Origin: Octopus sinensis | Taxonomy: Eukaryota | NCBI RefSeq assembly: GCF_006345805.1 | Contig: NC_043003.1 | Coordinates: forward strand, 74,524,001 to 74,588,000 | DNA: 64,000 nt | Reading direction: 5' to 3' | Shown here: piece by piece, positions 39,086 to 52,926 of the stretch | Layout of the letters: every line of letters begins with the position of its first letter | Position numbering within the stretch: position 1 is the first letter of the stretch | Position numbers and translations under genes: made by a program | Notes under the pieces: generated by a model | What the model was told of the DNA's origin: nothing | Database searches by the model: none | Seen by the model: only the letters and a program-made list of their open reading frames with translations

Positions 39086-39310
39086 TGCATAATATATATG
39101 TATATGCTCTCTCTCTGTCTCTCGCTATATATATAAATATATATATATATACATATATATAAGATATATATATATATATATATATGTATGTATATATATA
39201 TATAATATATATATATATATGTATGTATATGTAAGTATATGTATGTATATGTGTATATAAATATATATATATATATGCATACACATACACATATATATGC
39301 ATATATATAC
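38850..39310. repeat. (TA)n-rich microsatellite field
   Basis: Direct runs. Confidence 0.9.
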
Positions 39311-40899
39311 ATACAAATTCCTAGGCATGTACTCATATATTCACGCGCATGCAGACATATTGATGTGTATATATACATATACATACATACGCACACACAT
39401 ACACACACACACCATTGTATATGCAAGTGTATATACATTTATAAACATACACACAGACATGCTCACGCGCACACACACTCAGTTACATCTGCAACTAGGA
39501 TGACAATTGTAGTCGATGATTGGAGTCTCTTTGAACTCAATCAATATGCTAGAAATAGCAATCAATTGCCTCACATCACACCATAGTAACTCAAAATAAC
39601 AAACGCATATATATAAAAAAAAGTATTCTTAGGTAAACAATGTACTGAGAAAAGCTGTTATGGTCATCGCTGGGATATCATTGTTTATAGATCTGCTCGA
39701 TAGAAACTGGACAGGTAGTAGGAAGTTAGAAAATCAAAGTCCAGTCACTGTAATCACAATTCACAACGTAAAGTAATTCTAAAAAAAAAATATTGTGTTT
39801 AACGTACCGCCAAATGTGTCATACTACGGCACACTCACAGTTACTTTCATTTCCGCATGGTAACACATGTACATCAGCTGGTAAATTTGATTAATACGAC
39901 CTTAATCACTGACTTTTTAATGTATAATGGGCAATGTGTACAAATAGTAATTTTGGCCGCGATAAAATTTCAGTATAAAACCTACAGACGGAAATTGATT
40001 GATTTCAAATTATTTAAAATGGGACCTCGATACGACTACTAGTAGTACCTTAACTACATAATTTCAGACTATCGCAAAAGATAAAAAAAGATTCACAAAT
40101 AGGTATTTCTTTCCATACGTACCATACAATAAGATCGAAACTGGGACTATGTGGGTGCAAATTGTACTACTGAACCAAATACGGATGACTACAGGTAATT
40201 CTAGCCAGAACAAGGGCATGGAGTGAACCAGTAAGCTGTCGCTTGATTAGCTAGAAATAGCACCTAAGGCTTTCTCAAGTCATTACCCACCATTTTAAAC
40301 ATACAGAAATAAATTTGAAAATAGATACACTGTATCTGAAAAATTAATACAAGAAGCATAAATGTCTTTGCTTGGATTGCTTTTCATCGTGTCTTTTCAT
40401 TCAGCTAGGGCCTGAATATCACAAGAATGATGATAACAAAAATGGCAAACGTTAGCTCAGTTATAACAGGTTCTGATTAAGGCACGTGGTCAGCAATTTT
40501 CAGAGCAATGTTTCAGAAAGTACAACTTCTCTAGTTCTTTACTTTCTCGAGCCAGAAGGAATAAAGGGGAATGATGAACGTAAAGAGTAGGAACAAACAC
40601 CACAAGCATTTTCTAGATACTCTAAAAATACGGCCAATTCATTACTGCTCAAATTGATTTCTGATCCATGCACACAGATAGAGCGATATTTTAAGAGGTG
40701 GCTGGTCAACAGCAATGACGCCGGTACTTGAATATGGATCCGGAAAGGATGAATTGAGAGTTTGATTTCGGTGGGATTGACTCTGGGAACGTTAAAAACC
40801 AAATAAAATAGCAAATACCGTAAGACAAATGCCAGTGCTATTAATAACAGCAGCAGCAGCACTAGTAGCAGCAGTAGTAGTAGTACTAGTAGTAGTGGT

Positions 40900-41290
40900 A
40901 AGTCCTTTCTACCATAGGCACAAAGCTTGAAAATGGGAGGAAGGGGACAAGTGGATTATATCAACCCTAGCAGCGCTCGACTGGTACTTATTTGATAGAC
41001 TCCGAAAGGATGAATGGCAAAGACACGCCAAGTCGGACGAAATGATGCTAGACATTTTGTACAGCATGTTAATGTTTCTGCCGGCTCGCCGCCTTAAAAA
41101 AGTATATAACAACAATTATTATTATTACTATCGTTACTATTATCATTGTTGTTATTGTTGCTGTTTGAAATTTTGGCAGAAGGCGACCAATTTTAAGTCG
41201 ATACCAACAACACCAGTACTTGTCTCATACTTTATTTTATCGACCACAAATACATGAGAAGCAAAATTGATTTTGACGAGATCTGATAAC
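40900..41290 (-). mobile_element. SINE family B copies (two, decayed)
   Basis: CTGGTACTTATTTGATAGACTCCGAAAGGATGAATGGCAAAG...TTTCTGCCGGCTCGCCGCCT is the reverse complement of family B. Confidence 0.75.
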
Positions 41291-41879
41291 AGAACATAAA
41301 TATTTTACTGACACTCCATCAAAAACTGGGTAACAATACATCCAAAATAGATCAATCGGGTGGCACAGTAGTTGGGTGTCGAATTAAGGAAGAATTGCTG
41401 TTTAGTCTCTTAGTAAATAACACCGAGCACGTGCTTGATTAATTCACCTCTTTGCTTCCACAACACATTAGTTGTATAATAACGAGAAATAAATATAACG
41501 TTAATTATTATCATCACATTGATGATGGTCATTATAGTTAGCATCACTATCCTAATTTCGTCTTCGTAGTGACTGACTGTGTCCAGTTCAAGTGACCTGC
41601 TTTTTTTTGTCACGTGAAATACGTCATCACTAACCGGAATTTTGCCGTTTATCCCCACGAAACTTCTGATTATCTCCATCACTCATTTTGCAACATTTAT
41701 AATTTCATTCTCTCGAAAGTCAACATTAAAAAATAGTGTTAGTCATAGAAAATCCAACGGTGACAGTTTCTTTTATTCGTAATATCTTCTGTTTTGATAG
41801 CTCGGAAGAAATCTCACTCCTCTCTCTCAATCCTCCTTTATTTCACCTTCTCCCTTTCTCTTTCATACACACACTCTCT

Positions 41880-41895
41880 CTCTTTATATATATAT

Positions 41896-41971
<76 letters not shown>

Positions 41972-42050
41972 TGGACAGATAGATATAGACATGTATGTAT
42001 ATGAACGTGTATGTGTTTATTATATATATATATATATGTGTGTGTGTCTG

Positions 42051-42118
<68 letters not shown>

Positions 42119-42180
42119 GCAGAGAGACACGCACACATACATACACACATAAGCATATATATATATATATACCTATATGA
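41880..42180. repeat. (TA)n(GA)n compound microsatellite
   Basis: Direct runs. Confidence 0.95.
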
Positions 42181-43239
42181 ACGTGTGTATTTGTAGCCAC
42201 ACGTATGCACAAGTGTAACTCAGATGTCATTCTCCATTCAAAATTCTACAATAGCGCCACAAGATACACGCAAGAAAGAGAACACACGCAAAAAAAGCAA
42301 AATAGAAAAAAATATCAGACATGACAGTGCCATGTTTGCCAACACAAAAAGGAATATTTTCGCAAGGCACATACAATCTTTAAACAGAAAAAGAAACACA
42401 GAAAAAATGTTAAAAAAATAAAATAAAATCATGTCTATAATGGTCTCCTCATTGAACGAGTAGACATCAGACATACGCACACATGTACACAATCACCCAC
42501 CTACATAAATTTACTTGCATATATACAGGTGCGTGTGCATATATACATACTGACACACACACACATTAGATGTGTGTGTGTGTGTATGTCTATGTGTGTG
42601 TGTATGTGCTTAGTTCCTGACAATCTAAGAGTGATGCTGCATATAATTATTTGACGGGAAAACTAAAAGTCTACCGGGAAAACTGAAGTGGAAAAATGTA
42701 TCCCGATGTGTTTTGAGAAATTATGGAGTAGGGAATTAGTAAATAACACCGACTCCGAAAGATAAAGTTGACCCCAGAAAGTGTTGAAGTCAGAATGTAC
42801 AGAGCCAAAGCGAATAACACAATTATCAACACCCCCCCACCCCAAGACTTAAATGTTTCAGCTTGACCAACGTTTTATCGAAAGCTACAATAATAATAAT
42901 AATTTTTTTTTTCGTTTGTAACAGGTGTACTAACAAAGGGTGTAATAAATTCTTTTATTTCTTTCACTCATTAGCTATACTTGGGTGGGGTTTTAAATGA
43001 AGAAAAAAAAAAGAAGAGAATAAAAGGTAAAGTAAACTGAGGAATTGGAAGAGGGAAGGAAAAATGTATTCATAACCTACAAAATATGTAAACACAGATT
43101 TTGCAGACTTCATCATATAGGACAGCCCCGCTCTAAGGCTAATCAATGAAACAACTACATCGATGATTTCCTGACTATGAATAGCTCGAGCATGCTCAGA
43201 TTAGTTTTATTTATCATAAGAATTTTTGACAGACACTGA

Positions 43240-43700
43240 AAATTTGGATGAATTCGTGGGCGAGCATTTCATTCTTCCTCACTCAGTTTCATTTCCTTGT
43301 GGAACTACAAAAATTCGGTAAGGGTTTGACTAAAAATGAAGGTGTCTGCCATTATCCCTTCCAGCCTCGTCCACCACACAGTTCCTTTAGGCATAGCCAA
43401 TGGATCGAGGAACACTGTCCGCATTAAAATACGACCATCATGATGGATATGGCCGATGGACACATTCGTGTATAGACGACAGCAACTGTTCGACACAATT
43501 CTACTATCAACACTCGTCGAGAGTTGTACGAGTACATGCAGTGCGGTTTCATTATTCTGCACGCATCTTGCAACGTTACACCGGGCTTCCAAACCTTAAC
43601 ATCTGTTTCGAACATGTAGTGCCTCGGTATGACAGCGCTAGGCTAAGGGGTCCTGCAAGTTATCCATAGTAGTTTTCAACCTGGAAAACTTTTGAAAGAA
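43240..43700 (-). pseudogene. Tx1/L1-like ORF2 C-terminal (Cys/His) fragment
   Basis: RCVQNNETALHVLVQ...GRI...VFLDPLAMPKGTVWWTRLEG..DTFIF; homologous to 45671..45952 (+). Confidence 0.7.
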
Positions 43701-45108
43701 GCCAGCTAATTCGCCCTCGTGGACAACTGTTATCCTTCAGAACAAGATTTCTCTTACTCACCATAAGTTACAACAACAACAACAACAACAGCTACGACAA
43801 AGACAAGAGCAACAATATCACCAACAACTACATGGACGCCAATGCTTCATTTGTACTTATTTTATCGACCCAAAGGACGAAAGGCAAAATAAAAATAGTA
43901 ATTAGAATTCGAAGAAGAAGGAGAAGAAGAACAACAACAACACCGATTTCATTTTTCCCCATTTTAGAAGAGGTAAATTGAAGATGTGAAGCAGCTGTGT
44001 ATATAATGAGAAGCCCCAAACTTCTAAGAATGTAGTAGTTGATGTTTATCTTAGTCCTGTACATGTGACAATGCCTGTATTGTAATTATTGTGAAAGCAC
44101 AGTTTTCAGATATGAAGATTGTGAAAGTTTTTAAGTATTAAACACAGTAAGAACGATGAGATGAAGAAATACCAGTGAATCATATATGAATGGATAGATG
44201 GGAGGCAAGATAGTAGTGCGTCTGGAGAAGGAAACATTCCGTGGAATTAATCAGGTAGTTTATATTGTTATTGTCATGACCCAGGTCAATAGTGATCACA
44301 CAAAACAGTCAAAGTCGTACCACCATGATGATCATGTAATGATTTACCGAAAAGTCATTTTCCATTTATATAATCAAATGTGTCCTTTTTTCTTTTTACC
44401 TGAGTTGATATGTTGTAATCTTAGGGGTATTTGACAGTTATTTCTAATATAGCAATTTACGCGTTGTTTTGTTATGCTAAAGGAAAGACGGAGCGAGACT
44501 ATAGATATAGCGTGTTTGTGTTCTTGCGTTTCTAGTGTTATTATTATTTGAAGTGATGCCAATATTTCCCGCTTTAGACAATACATTCATCATCATCGTA
44601 GTTATCCTCCTCCTCCTCCTCACCACCACCGCCGCATCCGCCACCACCACCACCAGCACGATCATCATTATCATCATCATTATCATCATCACTAACAACA
44701 ACATGATAGTCGCATTTTCATTAATAATTATATTTCCATGATGTGGAGCTGCAGATAAAATAAGTTAGTATGCCGAATTGACTGTATCTATTATCCGATG
44801 GCTGTTGTTTAAGAGTTCGCAACCATCTGTTATCGATTTTGCTCATTCACCTAACCTATCTGCCCAATAAGAAACCCTTATTCAAGAAAAATAAACGAGA
44901 AAAAACACAAAAATATTTCATTTGTGTAGTGTATCACGTTTGACATTGGATGGCGTTGCTCTCCTATGAGGTTTCTATTTTATATTTGTATACTAGGTGT
45001 ATACGATAAGGGCTTTCTAACACTTCCCTTCTATTTCAGTGTCCACCACACTTTGTGTAATATATCCCTTGCTATCCACTCATGATTTTATTTCTGTCAA
45101 TGAAGAGA

Positions 45109-45175
<67 letters not shown>

Positions 45176-45299
45176 ATTATTATTATTATAATAATAATAA
45201 TTATTATTATTAGGGGTGTAAGGCGGCGTGCTGGCAGAATCCTTAGTATGGAGGGTTGAAAGCTTAGCGGCATTTTTACTCGTGCCTTGACCCGGTTAC

Positions 45300-46396
45300 T
45301 GCTTCATCAGGCTGGAGCGTCTCTTATTTAAATTCTTATGGAAGGGATGCGTTCCACTGATCCGGCGGTCAATCTGCTGCTAGCATACTCTGAGTGGCGG
45401 ATTAGGTATGCCGTGGATGCTAATGCGCAGACGCGCTCTGAGGTTACGCTATCTGCAACGATACTTAGATGGTGAGCGTGTGTGGGCTTCATTTGTAAGG
45501 CTCGTCTTTCCGCAGCTCGTCTCCTTGACGTAGCTGCAGTTGGATGAAGAAAAGTCCGAGACTGGGCGCCTGGCACCTGGCACCTAGAATGTCGTCAGGC
45601 GCTAACAACTCTCTACCAGTCGGGCTACGAGATCGATAGATGTACCGCTTTCAACATTTATAGACGATTAGTGTCGGGAAGGTGCGACGACGTTCCCGAG
45701 GAGACTCTGGGCGCCGACGGCACAGATGTGCTGTCAGTCGGACTTGTCCGAGGTGCCGTTTTGCACGCCCTTGTTCAATATCCGGGCTTTGCTGACATGT
45801 GGGATTATGTTGAACAGCTGATGTCATGTATGGGACGGATCCACCTGTCGACCGAGTCTGTAGTGATGATTGCACTGCTGCCCTTCTTCATAAGGGCAGG
45901 TAAAGCAGTTTTCCTCTGCTTGGTGTCAGTGGAAAAAGAGGTTGATTGGTGAACAAGACTGAAAGGCATGAGGACAGATATATACCGCTTTGGTAGAGCT
46001 CTCATTGATTTCTTCAAGTGCTGTCCTCAAGTGAATTTATCGAAGGGTGGGTGAAAGTTGCTAAAATAGCAAGAATAGATGGTACTTATGTAAGTGTAGA
46101 CCTGTGAGTCGGAGAGAAGGAATTTAAGAGGACACTTGCTCCAAGGGTTTCAGGGAAATTTCGAACAGTGGGGTTCTTCCATTATACCTACAGGCCTTCC
46201 TGTATCCGGAGGGCCACGTCTCTGTCATCCTTCCCGCCATTTCTTCCTATGTATGCTATGCATATGTCACTTCCTTTCCAGTGTATACCATGTACACTTG
46301 CTTTTATTTAATTTTATTATTATATATAAACCTCCACACTTTATGCCTTTCTCTGTATTGTCCCCTCATCCTTCGCCGTTGTGGCAAATAAATGAA

Positions 46397-46398
<2 letters not shown>
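45300..46398 (+). mobile_element. Tx1/L1-like LINE 3' fragment (post-RT ORF2 region + 3' UTR)
   Basis: ERLLFKFLWKGCVPLIRRS...SGGLGMP...RALRLRYL; AVLHALVQ..MWDYVEQL..GRIHLS..GKAVFLCLV; 3' end TGTCCCC...GCCGTTGTGGCAAATAAATGAAAT at 46359-46398. Confidence 0.85.
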
Positions 46399-46459
<61 letters not shown>

Positions 46460-46563
46460 GAGTGAGAGAGCAGTGCATGCCATCGAAGTGACACCGGGGT
46501 AAAATATACGAAGCCCAATATACCCATCATGACTACCCGTCTGATAAGGGTACACCAGGTACA
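46460..46563 (-). mobile_element. 5'-truncated copy of the (AAT)n-flanked element
   Basis: GAGTGAGAGAGCAGTGCATGCC...GGGTACACC is the reverse complement of 31870-31973; (ATT)n on both sides. Confidence 0.9.
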
Positions 46564-46589
46564 TTATTATTATTATTATTATTATTATT

Positions 46590-46913
46590 GTGAAGGCGCG
46601 TGGATTAGTGGGTAGGGCATTCAGCTCACGGCCGTAAGGCTGTTAGTTCAATTCCCGGCGACGCGTTGTTTACTTGAGCAAGACCCTTTATTTCACTTGG
46701 CTCCACTCTACTCAGCTGGCAAAAATGAGTAGTACCTGTATTTCAAAGGGAAATCCTTGTCACAATCTGTCTCACACTGAATTTGCCTGAGAGCTACGTT
46801 AAGAGTGCACGTGCTTACTGAGTGCTCAGCAACTTGCACGTAATTTCACGAGCAAGCTGTTCCGTTGATCTTATCAGCGGGGACCCTCGTCCTCGTAACT
46901 GACGGAGTGCTCC
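46590..46913 (+). mobile_element. tRNA-derived SINE (family C) with CTTGAGCAAG central domain
   Basis: GGCGCGTGGATTAGTGGGTAGGG (A box), GTTCAATTCCC (B box), CTTGAGCAAGACCCTTTATTTCAC..CAGCTGGCAAAAATGAGTA; fragments at ~31200 and ~49750. Confidence 0.75.
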
Positions 46914-46922
46914 TATTATTAT

Positions 46923-47140
46923 TGACTGAGAGAACAATGCATACCCTTAAGGATTGACTGGGGTACAACTATACGAAGACCAATATACTCATCATGACTA
47001 ACGGTCTGATACGGGTATACCAGGAAAATGCATCAGAAACACGTGTGCGAGACACGGTGACCTTGTCACAAGATAAACAGCGCATGACCTTGCAAGTAAG
47101 GCCCAGTTAGAGTCTTCTTCAAGTTGAGTAGCTCTGGTAT
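46923..47140 (-). mobile_element. Decayed copy of the (AAT)n-flanked element
   Basis: GACTGAGAGAACAATGCAT...CATCATGACTAACGGTCTGATA...GACCTTGCAAG after ATTATTATT. Confidence 0.75.
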
Positions 47141-47329
47141 TAGTTAAAAATACCAGAGATTATCTTGTTTACATCTTTGTTATCGTAATGTGTATTTTGA
47201 ATGTGCTAGCCAGTTTCCTTGTGACACTATAATTCTACCTACAAGACTATATCATATCAACACTTTTGACATTTCCTGAATCATACGATGTATACATACA
47301 TACTAACACGCATACATATATCTATCAAG

Positions 47330-47383
<54 letters not shown>

Positions 47384-48399
47384 ATATATATATTACTTTA
47401 TGTGTTGGTACCTCTCGGTACTTTGTATAAGTAGTAATATGTCATAATATGACCGGATAACAATAGTTTACTTGTTTCAGCTTTTCTTCTGTTCTACATA
47501 TTTACGTACGTACGCATGTATGCATGTATATATGCATGTATGTATGTATGGATAGATGGATGGATGGATGAATGGATTGTTGGGTGGATGGATAATTTTA
47601 TGCACGTAAACATGTGCATACGTTTATATGTGCTGATAACAATGTTTCTGTCAAAAACAATGATATTGCCGTTCGGAATATTTATAGGCTTATGGAAATT
47701 ACTACTCTTTTTCTCGGCAAGTGATTCTCGTCACATATCTATGGAGAACAGGCAATGACATGGTGCAACCCCTTGTTGCAATTGGCTGAAATTTATAATC
47801 AACATGTTCAGTCGTTGGCACTGAGGTAGCGTACTCATAATGTAATTATTTTGGACAAAATATATAACCGTCCAAGACGTTAGAAATAATTTCTTAAATC
47901 GGAATATAAACTCCTACTTCGTTTAATTCTAGTCGGAAGTAAGGAAGCAGCAGAAATTCTATGAATTAATAAAGATAACTTTATGGTCGTATATTTCGCA
48001 CGTGCTTTTTCTTAGCAGTAAAGTCACGTAGATTGCTATTCAACATGTCATAAACATGTTAAGAGTTGTGTCCCGTGCTTCTACCTCTTCACGAAATTAC
48101 AAGTAATTTTATAATTTCCTATACTGATATATATTTTAGTCCTCACCGCATAATTACTGCAAGTTAACATTTTAATATTTTCTGTATTGTGTAAATATCA
48201 AATAAAAAAACAAACAAGAATATCTAGAATTCAATATTGGCTCTCCAAAAGGTATTTATAATGAATTTAACTTTCAAAAGTGAGGAATTAAATCAGACTC
48301 TGACAAATAAATCAGATGTAACTTGTTCTCTCCTGAAAAAATTACTTTCATCCATTCCAGTTAAAGGATCTTACATGATATATTAACTTCAGTACAAGC

Positions 48400-48411
48400 G
48401 AGAAGCCCGTC

Positions 48412-48449
<38 letters not shown>

Positions 48450-48471
48450 TCATGTATGTATGTATGTATAT

Positions 48472-48503
<32 letters not shown>

Positions 48504-48780
48504 TATATATATATATATGTGTGTGTGTTTATGTATGTATGTATGTATATTCCTGTGTCCGTCTATGTGTCTGTGTCCGACCCCACACAATCGCCTGACG
48601 ACCGATGTTGATGTATTTATGTAACAGTACCTTAGCAGTTCGGCAAAAAAATAAAAGAAATAGAATAAGTACTAGCCTTACAAAGAATAAGTCCTGGGAT
48701 CGATTTTTTCCCACTTAAACCCTTAAATACGGTGCTCCAGCATGACCACACCAGTCAAATGATTGAAACGTGTAAAAGAA
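48400..48780 (+). mobile_element. SINE family A, 3' portion with internal (TA)n
   Basis: GAAGCCCGTCGTATATA...GAATAAGTACTAGCCTTACAAAGAATAAGTCCTGGG...GGTGCTCCAGCATG. Confidence 0.85.
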
Positions 48781-48949
48781 GAAAAGAATGTAGAGACAAA
48801 ATCAACTTCGGCGGAATTTGAGCTCAGAAAAATAAAGACCCGGAAGTAATGCCGCTAAAGATTTTGTCCGGTAGGATAAGAAATTCTATAAGCTCACAGC
48901 GTAAGCAAATACTACTACTATTACTACTACTTAAAATAACAATAATAAT

Positions 48950-48991
48950 GACGATGATGATGATGACGACTACGACGACCACGACGACAAC

Positions 48992-49035
<44 letters not shown>

Positions 49036-49110
49036 CGACGATGATGATAATGATGATGATGATGATGATGATGAAGCTGACTATGATGATGATGATGATG
49101 ATGCTGATCC
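48950..49110. repeat. (ATG)n/(ACG)n microsatellite
   Basis: Direct run. Confidence 0.95.
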
Positions 49111-50157
49111 TATTTTCTGCTAATACAACTGTGATGACGAAGGTACTTCTACTCGGCCACTTACGCTGCTAGAAAAAGAAAAGAAACCGGATAAATATAC
49201 CTTACGTAACACTCTGCAATCTGAAATGACTTTCTACAAAAGCAGGAACGTTTTTCATGATAGACCTGCTTCATCACAGCTCGCCTAGGGCTAAACAAAT
49301 ACATTAACAGTAACGTCAACAAAAACTACAATAGTTCAGTGACTATAACAATAACATCAATCACAGCTTCTGCAGAAACGAATGAATAATTGAAACTGCA
49401 GGTATTAATAGATACAATAATGCAGGCATATTACAGAACACATATGTAAGTCCAACAAACACACTCATATATCAGAGCCTCTATACATATACATATATCA
49501 CTATACATCACTTTCAAAGTTACATGGTCGTAGGGGGTTGTGATACAATCTTGTTTTACAAGCGCATACACACACATACATAACAAACATATGTATATAT
49601 ATATACAGGTGTGTACGAATATATGTGATGGTCGTATGTTCGTGTGTGTGCCTGTGTCTGCCTGTATGTGTATTGTTGTTCCATTGTACTCAAGTCTTTA
49701 GGCTAATGACCATAATGGTCTGGATTTAATTCTCACGCAATGCGGCGTGTTCTGTCCTTGAGCAAAGCTTTTTTCAATATTCTTACCTGAAATGATAGCA
49801 GTAGCTGAGAGTTAAATGTGCAGTAGTATGGCATTCTACCCAAGGGTGGGAGGGATTTTATTCGCAGTTACTTATACGCTTTGGAAACTAAGATAGGATC
49901 GGTCGTAATGAGTTTGTATAATCGAAACAGGCATGTTATACACATGCGATTTAGACACTCGTAGTACTTATATGTGTATGTATGTGTTCGTGTTATATAT
50001 GCACGCGCGCGTATATATATGTGGGTGTATATTGTACATGAGTATGTATTTGTGTATTTTAATCCTAGTCGCTTATACGCCTTGGAAACTAAGATAGGAT
50101 CGATTGTAAAGAGCTTGTATAATCAAGACAGATATACACATGTTATAGACACTCATA

Positions 50158-50201
<44 letters not shown>

Positions 50202-50641
50202 GTCTGTATGTGTGCGTAGTTACATATAGCTACATGCATATGTGCGTGTGTGTGTATGATAGATATAAATATACATATATGTGGGGTGGGTGTATATTGA
50301 TATGAATGAGTGTATTTGTTGTATCATCAATAAATAGCAGGTGTACTGTGATATATCTAACTCCTAGCCATGTAGGAATTCCCGCTAGGAGGTCTACAAC
50401 TACAGAGTCACTCGAAGTGCTAGAAATAGTGAGCTTGATTTCTCTCAGATCACATTGTACTGCTCTTAATACAAGAAAGTATTGGACGCTGAAAGACATA
50501 GATACATGAAGTACTGGATGGTAGCAGGTGAAATAGCTGTTATATGTTTGTTCACCCGTACCTCACTTTGGGTTAAGTAAAAAAAAAAATTCATTAGTTG
50601 TTCAACCGGTCGGCAGCGGCAGCAGCAAGCAATACCAACAA

Positions 50642-50795
50642 TATCTATTTCTTTATTGCCCACAGGGGGCTAAACATAGAGGGGACAAACAAGGACAGAC
50701 AAAGGGATTAAGTCAATTACATCGACCCCAGTGCATAACTGGTACTTAATTTATCGACCCCGAAAGGGATGAAAGGCAAAGTCGACCTCGGCGCA
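50642..50795 (-). mobile_element. SINE family B copy with well-preserved LINE-like 3' tail
   Basis: Reverse complement tail TGTCTGTCCTTGTTTGTCCCCTCTATGTTTAGCCCCCTGTGGGCAATAAAGAAAT. Confidence 0.88.
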
Positions 50796-51231
50796 CCAAG
50801 AAAAACATAGCCGGCAACAGCAATAACACGATAACAACAACCACAACACGTGGGTCAGAATCAATACTTCAACATGGGGAAAGTATCATGAACAACAGTG
50901 TCAATAACAAGAACTGAATCAACAGATAGAAGTCGCTAACACTAATAGGCAACGCCACTAACTCCAGTAACGTTGGTTGTAACTACAGATATAACAATAT
51001 CAACCATGAATCTGCAAGAACACCACCGACAACACCACAACCATCATAACCTCCGCTAAAACAAACACTATCAGTATCGCATTTGCTCTACCACACCATT
51101 ACAAGATCGTGATCAACAAAAACAATAATCGGCACTGCATTGATGATAGACACAATATCTAGATTTAGTTATATTTGGAGATGATCATAGATTTTTCTAA
51201 TTAGCCACATCCACTATATACTTTACGTCAA

Positions 51232-51410
51232 CTGGCAGAATTGTTAGCGTGCTGGACGAAATGCTTAGCAGTATTTCGCCTGTCGCTACGTTCTGATTCC
51301 AAATTTCACTGGGGTCGACATTACCATTCATTCTTTCGCGTTCGATAAAATAAATACTAATTGAACACTGGGGTCAATATAATCGACTCCTCCTCTCCTC
51401 AAAATGTCTG
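51232..51410 (+). mobile_element. SINE family B copy
   Basis: CTGGCAGAATTGTTAGCG..GAAATGCTTAGC..GGGGTCGAC..CACTGGGGTCAATATAATCGAC. Confidence 0.8.
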
Positions 51411-51458
51411 CCCTTGCGGCAAAATTTGAAACTATTATTTTTATTATTATTATTATTA

Positions 51459-51558
<100 letters not shown>

Positions 51559-51728
51559 CTTATTTTTATCACTACCGAGCGCAGCTATGTGGCCTTGGGT
51601 ATGTGCTGTGATTTGTTGTGATGCTCTTATTTTTACTGTATTGAAAGTGTTTTACGTAGGATATGTGCAGTGCAGAGTAGTGCTGTTTTATGTTATATAT
51701 ACTTGTTAGTCTTTGTATATTTGCTATA

Positions 51729-51801
<73 letters not shown>

Positions 51802-52281
51802 TGTCGCACACTTTCTTCACACATCCTGTCTCCCCTTCAGCGACACTACAACCTCCTCTTCTATTTAGTCCATTCTGTCCCCAAATATAAACAATATCTG
51901 TTTCAACACATTATTTCACATCAAAAAATATCTATCATCTGATATAACGTGAATATAACGTGACTATGAAATGTGAGGTGAAACATATTTTCTTTCAACT
52001 GTTATCTCTTTCTTGTTTTAGTGAGTGTACAGAAGGTATGTTGGAGCACCACGTTGAAAGGTCTAATCGAGCAGATCTCCCCGTGTTGTTGCCTTTATTT
52101 TTTAAATCTAGTATTTATCAGTTTCTCTTGCCGAAACTCACGGAAACGTAAATATATATTGCCGGTTGTAAGCGGTGTGGGAGGACAAACAGAAGCACAA
52201 GGACATACACTTACATATACATATACACATATGTGTGTGTGTGTGTGTGTGTTAGAGAGAGAGAGAGTAAATTCACTCACA

Positions 52282-52454
52282 TCCGTGTGTAAAAGAAAAC
52301 GGAAAGGACCTTCATGCAGTGCTTTTAATGGAAGTTTAACAACATCGTTGCGCACAAAAACGCGAGTCCAAGAAGTAAAGCTTCCTTCAAGGCAAAGCAA
52401 CAAATGCAATCGTCAGGTAGGTAAGATGTTTTAAACAGGAGCGATATAATCAAA
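52282..52454 (-). pseudogene. Duplicate fragment of a gypsy integrase GPY/F domain
   Basis: Minus strand TRVFVRNDVVKLPLKALHEGPFRFL; ~173 bp direct repeat of 53263-53435. Confidence 0.7.
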
Positions 52455-52894
52455 AGGCTTGGCCGTCTAGAGACTAGAGTAGACGACACTTATTCAAGAT
52501 GACATGTAGTAGGATTGAACCCAGAACCAAGTGGTCAAGGAAGAAATTTGTTACCATATAGCCACGCTTATGTTTATCTTTTTACTTTGCTACCTATAGT
52601 TAAGCACAATTTGACAGTAGAGACGGTGGTATTGGTTTTGTTACTGTTTCGTTCTTTTCTTTTAAGATTCTAATTTATAAACAACATCACGTTACACATT
52701 GTTTTAAACGTATTTTAAAGGCCCAAGGCATGACAGTTTTGGAGGTGAGAGATAGTCGATTGCATCAACTTCAATACTGAGCTGGTACTTATTTCACCGG
52801 CGTCAAAAGGGAGAAATTTAAACCTAGATCGTAAAGCCGGAAGAACTGCTGTGAAACATTTTGTCCAGTATAATAACGATTCTACCTGCATGAG

Positions 52895-52921
<27 letters not shown>

Positions 52922-52926
<5 letters not shown>

